A stretch of DNA of 53,129 nucleotides from NCBI GenBank assembly GCA_028290695.1, contig JAQGJJ010000158.1, positions 1 to 53,129 of the forward strand. The letters run 5' to 3'. The notes under the pieces were generated by a model, which was not told the DNA's origin, did not search any database, and was given only the letters and a program-made list of their open reading frames with translations. This DNA comes from Enterovirga sp. (GTDB lineage: Bacteria > Pseudomonadota > Alphaproteobacteria > Rhizobiales > Beijerinckiaceae). The position numbers were made by a program, and so were the translations under genes. Below are positions 46,779-53,129 of this stretch, piece after piece. The number at the start of each line of letters is the position of its first letter. The first letter of the stretch is position 1.

Positions 46779-47039
46779 TTGAACGACGACGAGCGCGAGC
46801 GGCTTTGGGCCGCCGAACAGAAGATCCTCGGCTTGACCCAGGTCTTGGGCAGCGTCCTGGCCCGGCTCGTGGAAGAACAGGTGGCGGAGCGCGCAGTCAT
46901 CCTCGGCGCGCTCGAGCGGTGCGAGCGCGAACTCGAGCGCGACGTGCATTTCCCGATCCAGCACGAGGCGGTCAGGCTGCTCTCCTACGAGGTCCGCAGA
47001 CGGATCCCGGTTGCTCCGGATCCGGACGATCCGGCCTGA
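46779..47039 (+). CDS. Hypothetical protein (86 aa)
   Basis: TTG start after a purine-rich stretch, amphipathic helical sequence, fills the gap before hemF. Confidence 0.6.
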   Translation: MNDDERERLWAAEQKILGLTQVLGSVLARLVEEQVAERAVILGALERCERELERDVHFPIQHEAVRLLSYEVRRRIPVAPDPDDPA

Positions 47040-47082
47040 TCGCCTCGGCGCTCGGAGCGCGGGCCGGGGTGTTCCGCCGGCA

Positions 47083-48006
47083 TCAGGGCCAGCGCACGGT
47101 CGGCGGCATCGAGGACAGGATGGAGGCGACGTTGCCGCCGGTCTTGAGGCCGAAGATGGTGCCGCGGTCGTACAGGAGGTTGAACTCGACGTAGCGGCCG
47201 CGGCGCACCTGCTGCTCGTGCCGGTCGGCCTCCGTCCAGGGCGTCCCGAGGTTCCGGCGCACGATCTCGGGATAGACGGTGAGAAAGCTCTCGCCGACGG
47301 TCTGCGTGAAGGCGAGATCCTGCTGCGGGTCTCCCGACCAGAGATAATCGTAGAAGATGCCTCCGATGCCGCGGGGCTCGTTCCTGTGCTTCAGGAAGAA
47401 GTACTCGTCGCACCAGTCCTTGTAGCGGCCGTAGGGCTGCGAAGGATGCTTTCCGCAGGCGTCCCGGAACGCGGCGTGGAACGCGACGCTGTCAGGATCG
47501 TCCTGAGCCCGGCGGCGATCGAGCACCGGCGTCAGGTCGGCGCCGCCGCCGAACCACGGCTTCGACGTGACCACGAAACGCGTGTTCATGTGCACGGTCG
47601 GGACGTTCGGGTTCCAGGGATGGGCGATCAGCGAGATTCCCGCCGCCCAGAAGCCCGGATGCTCGTCCGTGCCGGGGATCTGCGACCGGAACTCGGGTGC
47701 GAATTCGCCGTGCACGGTCGAGACATGCACGCCCGCCTTCTCGAACACGCGGCCCTTGAGCATGGCCATGGTGCCGCCGCCGCCCGGCGCGCCTGTGTGG
47801 TCGGTGCGCTGCCAGGGCGTGCGGACGAAGCGGCCCGGCCCGGTCGGCGCCTGCGGATCGAACGGTCCCGCCGCCCCGTCCTCGATCTGCTCGAAGGCGG
47901 CGCAGATGCGGTCTCGCAGTGCGGCAAACCAGGCGGGCGCCTCCGTCTGCAGGCGCTCAATCACGGTCGGGATGCGCTTGGCGCGCGGTTTGTCTGGCTC
48001 GGTCAA
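47083..48006 (-). CDS. hemF: Oxygen-dependent coproporphyrinogen III oxidase
   Basis: [54 protein letters not shown]...W. Start uncertain; TTG 48006 follows AAGGA. Confidence 0.93.
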   Translation of the reverse strand: MTEPDKPRAKRIPTVIERLQTEAPAWFAALRDRICAAFEQIEDGAAGPFDPQAPTGPGRFVRTPWQRTDHTGAPGGGGTMAMLKGRVFEKAGVHVSTVHGEFAPEFRSQIPGTDEHPGFWAAGISLIAHPWNPNVPTVHMNTRFVVTSKPWFGGGADLTPVLDRRRAQDDPDSVAFHAAFRDACGKHPSQPYGRYKDWCDEYFFLKHRNEPRGIGGIFYDYLWSGDPQQDLAFTQTVGESFLTVYPEIVRRNLGTPWTEADRHEQQVRRGRYVEFNLLYDRGTIFGLKTGGNVASILSSMPPTVRWP

Positions 48007-48143
48007 GCTTTGGGCATCCTTCGAGGCGGCGCGTGCCGCGCCTCCCCAGGAGGACGAGGTTGAGCCTGCCTTAATCCACGCGCGTCGAGGAGCCCCGGGC
48101 GTCAGCCGGGGCCTCTCGACGCAGGCCATCGGCCTCGTGCGGC

Positions 48144-50852
<2,709 letters not shown>

Positions 50853-51054
50853 GGGGGCTGCTCCTTGCGGTCGGTCTGAACGAACACGCACGGCTCTCGC
50901 CGCGCACGGATTGGGGTGTTCGGCCCTGTGCGCCTCTCGGCGCGCGCCGCCCCGGGGGCGCCCGGACGCAAGAAGCGCGCGGAGCGGGTTGGACGCTCTG
51001 GCGCGCGGCGCAGCCGAGGTCGCTATAGCGCCGATCGCAGCCCGGCGCCAGAGT

Positions 51055-51071
51055 TTCGGAGCGGTTCTAAA
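51055..51071. promoter_or_regulatory. Iron control element (ICE, Irr box)-like site upstream of acnA
   Basis: Minus strand TTTAGAA-CCG-CTCCGAA against TTTRGAAYNRTTCYAAA: one perfect half-site and two mismatches in the other. Confidence 0.5.
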
Positions 51072-51107
51072 CGGTCCGACGCGGCCCGGCAGGGGCCGTG
51101 ACGGGTG

Positions 51108-51869
51108 CTAGGGTGAGGCGGTCGGCGTCCCGAGCCGCCACTCCACCTCCCCGGCCCCGCGTTCCTTCAGGAAGGCATTGGCCCGGCTGAAGGGCCGCGA
51201 GCCCGGGAAGTCGCGCGCCCGGTTGAGCGGGGAGGGGTGCCCGGTCTCGATCACGAGGTGCTTCGTCCGGTCCACGAGAGGCGCGCGCCTGCGGGCGTCG
51301 GCGCCCCACAGGAGAAAGGCCACGGCCGGACGCTCGGCCGAGATCGCCGCCACAACCTGATCGGTCAGCGCCGACCAGCCGAGCCGGAGATGCGCACCCG
51401 ACGACCCGGTCTCGGTGGTCAGGGCCGTGTTGAGGAGCAGCACGCCCTCGCGCGCCCAGCCCGTCAGGTCGCCGCGAAGCGGGGGAGGGCACCCGATGTC
51501 GTCGCACAGCTCGCGCAGGATCACCCGGAGGGATGCCGGGACGCTCCGCGGGCCGACATACGAGAAGGCCAGCCCATGCGCGTCGCCGGCCTTCGGATAC
51601 GGGTCCTGTCCGAGGATCACCACCCTCACGCGATCGAGCGGCGTCAGCCGCAGGGCGTTGAAGATGTCCGCCGGCTGAGGCGCGAGCGCCACGCCGGCTG
51701 CGCACAGCCGGTCGAGCTCGGACGCGATCCGGTCCGCCTCGCCACGGGCGAAGAACGGAAGCCGGACCCAGCCGCTCGCCTCTCTCCGCAGGGTCGCGAG
51801 AGCCTGGGAAACCGGTCGCGAGCTCGTGAGGAAGGCCGAACGAGGTTCAGGCAAAGTGTCCCGGCGCAT
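51108..51869 (-). CDS. ung: Uracil-DNA glycosylase, family 1
   Basis: VVILGQDPY, AHGLAFS, PASL, WAREGVLLLNTALT, FLLWG, HPSPL. Start uncertain (ATG 51869 or TTG 51854). Confidence 0.9.
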   Translation of the reverse strand: MRRDTLPEPRSAFLTSSRPVSQALATLRREASGWVRLPFFARGEADRIASELDRLCAAGVALAPQPADIFNALRLTPLDRVRVVILGQDPYPKAGDAHGLAFSYVGPRSVPASLRVILRELCDDIGCPPPLRGDLTGWAREGVLLLNTALTTETGSSGAHLRLGWSALTDQVVAAISAERPAVAFLLWGADARRRAPLVDRTKHLVIETGHPSPLNRARDFPGSRPFSRANAFLKERGAGEVEWRLGTPTASP

Positions 51870-51920
51870 TCGGAGACGAGAACCGTTATGAGCTGGCCCA
51901 GAAGGTTCTTTCGATAGCCC

Positions 51921-52994
51921 ATGTCCACACCCGCCGTCACGCCGCAGCGCCCGCTGCCCATCGTCACCTCGCCGAGGCCGCCGGGTCATCCGCCCGTCCG
52001 GTCCGGGCGCATCGGCGTGCTTCTGATGAACCTCGGAACGCCGGAGGCCACGAGCTACTGGCCCATGCGGCGCTACCTGAAGGAGTTCCTGTCCGACCGG
52101 CGCGTGATCGAGAAGTCGCGCCTTGTCTGGTGGCCGGTCCTGAACCTGATCATCCTGTCGACGCGGCCAAGCCGGAAAGGGCGGGACTACGATACCGTCT
52201 GGAACAAGGAGCTGAACGAGGGGCCGTTGAAGACCATCACGCGCTCGCAGGCTGAACAACTCGGTGCCGCACTGGAGGAGGTCGCGGGGGACCGCGTGGT
52301 CGTGGACTGGGCCATGCGCTACGGACTTCCCCGCACCAAGGACCGGATCGCGTCGCTGCTCGATCAGGGGTGCGACCGCATCCTCCTGGTGCCCCTCTAC
52401 CCGCAATACTGCGCCGCCACCTCGGCCACCGCCTGCGATCAGGCGTTCCGCGCGCTCATGGACATGCGCTGGCAGCCGGCCGTCCGGGTGGCGCCGCCCT
52501 ATTACGACGACCCGGCCTACGTCGACGCGATCGTCGCATCGATGAAGGCGGAGCTTGCCAAGCTCACTTTCGAGCCGGAGGTGATCCTCGTTTCCTTTCA
52601 CGGCATCCCGAAGGAATACCTGCTGAAGGGCGACCCCTATTTCTGCCATTGCTCCAAGACGTGGCGGCTGATGCGGGAGGCCTTCGGCTGGCCGGAGGAT
52701 CGCTTCCGCATGACCTTCCAGTCGCGCTTCGGACCGGACGAGTGGCTGCAGCCCTACACGGACGAAACCGTGAAGAGCATGGCGGCGGCCGGGATCAAGC
52801 GGCTCGCCGTGGTGGCCCCGGGCTTCTCGGCGGATTGCCTGGAGACACTGGAAGAGCTGGACGGGGAGAATCGGCACTATTTCGAGGCCGGCGGAGGCGA
52901 GCACTTCGCCTACCTGCCCTGCCTCAACGACTCGGCCGCCGGCATCCAGGTGATCCGCAGTGTCGTCGAGCGCGAACTCGCGGGCTGGATCTAG
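51921..52994 (+). CDS. hemH: Ferrochelatase
   Basis: GVLLMNLGTP, YLKEFLSD.RV, PLYPQY, SFHGIP, FQSRFG..WLQPYT, DCLETLEE, PCLND. Confidence 0.96.
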   Translation: MSTPAVTPQRPLPIVTSPRPPGHPPVRSGRIGVLLMNLGTPEATSYWPMRRYLKEFLSDRRVIEKSRLVWWPVLNLIILSTRPSRKGRDYDTVWNKELNEGPLKTITRSQAEQLGAALEEVAGDRVVVDWAMRYGLPRTKDRIASLLDQGCDRILLVPLYPQYCAATSATACDQAFRALMDMRWQPAVRVAPPYYDDPAYVDAIVASMKAELAKLTFEPEVILVSFHGIPKEYLLKGDPYFCHCSKTWRLMREAFGWPEDRFRMTFQSRFGPDEWLQPYTDETVKSMAAAGIKRLAVVAPGFSADCLETLEELDGENRHYFEAGGGEHFAYLPCLNDSAAGIQVIRSVVERELAGWI

Positions 52995-53129
52995 CGCGGG
53001 CTGAGCCGACTTCCGCCATCTCGGCGGGGTTGAGGCGGAGGGCGCCTACGAGGCCGCCCCGAACGGAACTGCCGGCACGGCGGAGGCGGCTGTGCCGTAT
53101 CATCGCCCGGACGGATCCCGATGTTCGGC

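Noticed and set aside
53121-53129. Start of a downstream gene (ATGTTCGGC)
   Set aside because: Only three codons lie inside the window, so it cannot be supported.

Overview
High-GC chromosomal segment of an alphaproteobacterium. Gene content and order point to Hyphomicrobiales, probably Methylobacteriaceae (inference, no database search). About 55 protein-coding genes are supportable. I found no rRNA, tRNA, CRISPR array, transposase, integrase or prophage. Recognisable housekeeping genes are dat, pxpB/pxpC, pyk, groES-groEL (with a CIRCE operator), a Tat-exported superoxide dismutase between two L,D-transpeptidases, glyQ, ispB, ispE, an RsmB-family methylase, htpX, a MoxR/DUF58/BatA-DUF4159 operon, nudL, cca, hemF, acnA, ung and hemH. 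The most interesting signals are regulatory or small. (1) Seven GGAAC-N16/17-(C/G)(G/A)TT-like promoters of the EcfG general-stress type lie mostly in front of uncharacterised genes, including a YihY / holin-like / DUF3618 / single-domain response regulator cluster. (2) Two secreted Arg/Tyr/Gly-rich peptides share a signal-spacer-'E-x-[TA]-Q'-core layout, and one has RPR[YF]YG tandem repeats. (3) An un-called 36-aa basic protein has its own RBS and terminator behind groEL. (4) An Irr/ICE-like box precedes acnA, which lies between hemF and hemH. (5) Several subunits lack their usual partners here (pxpBC without pxpA, a CoxL-like subunit without S/M subunits, glyQ without glyS). Nothing here proves a new system. 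The stress-regulated envelope/peptide set is the best candidate.
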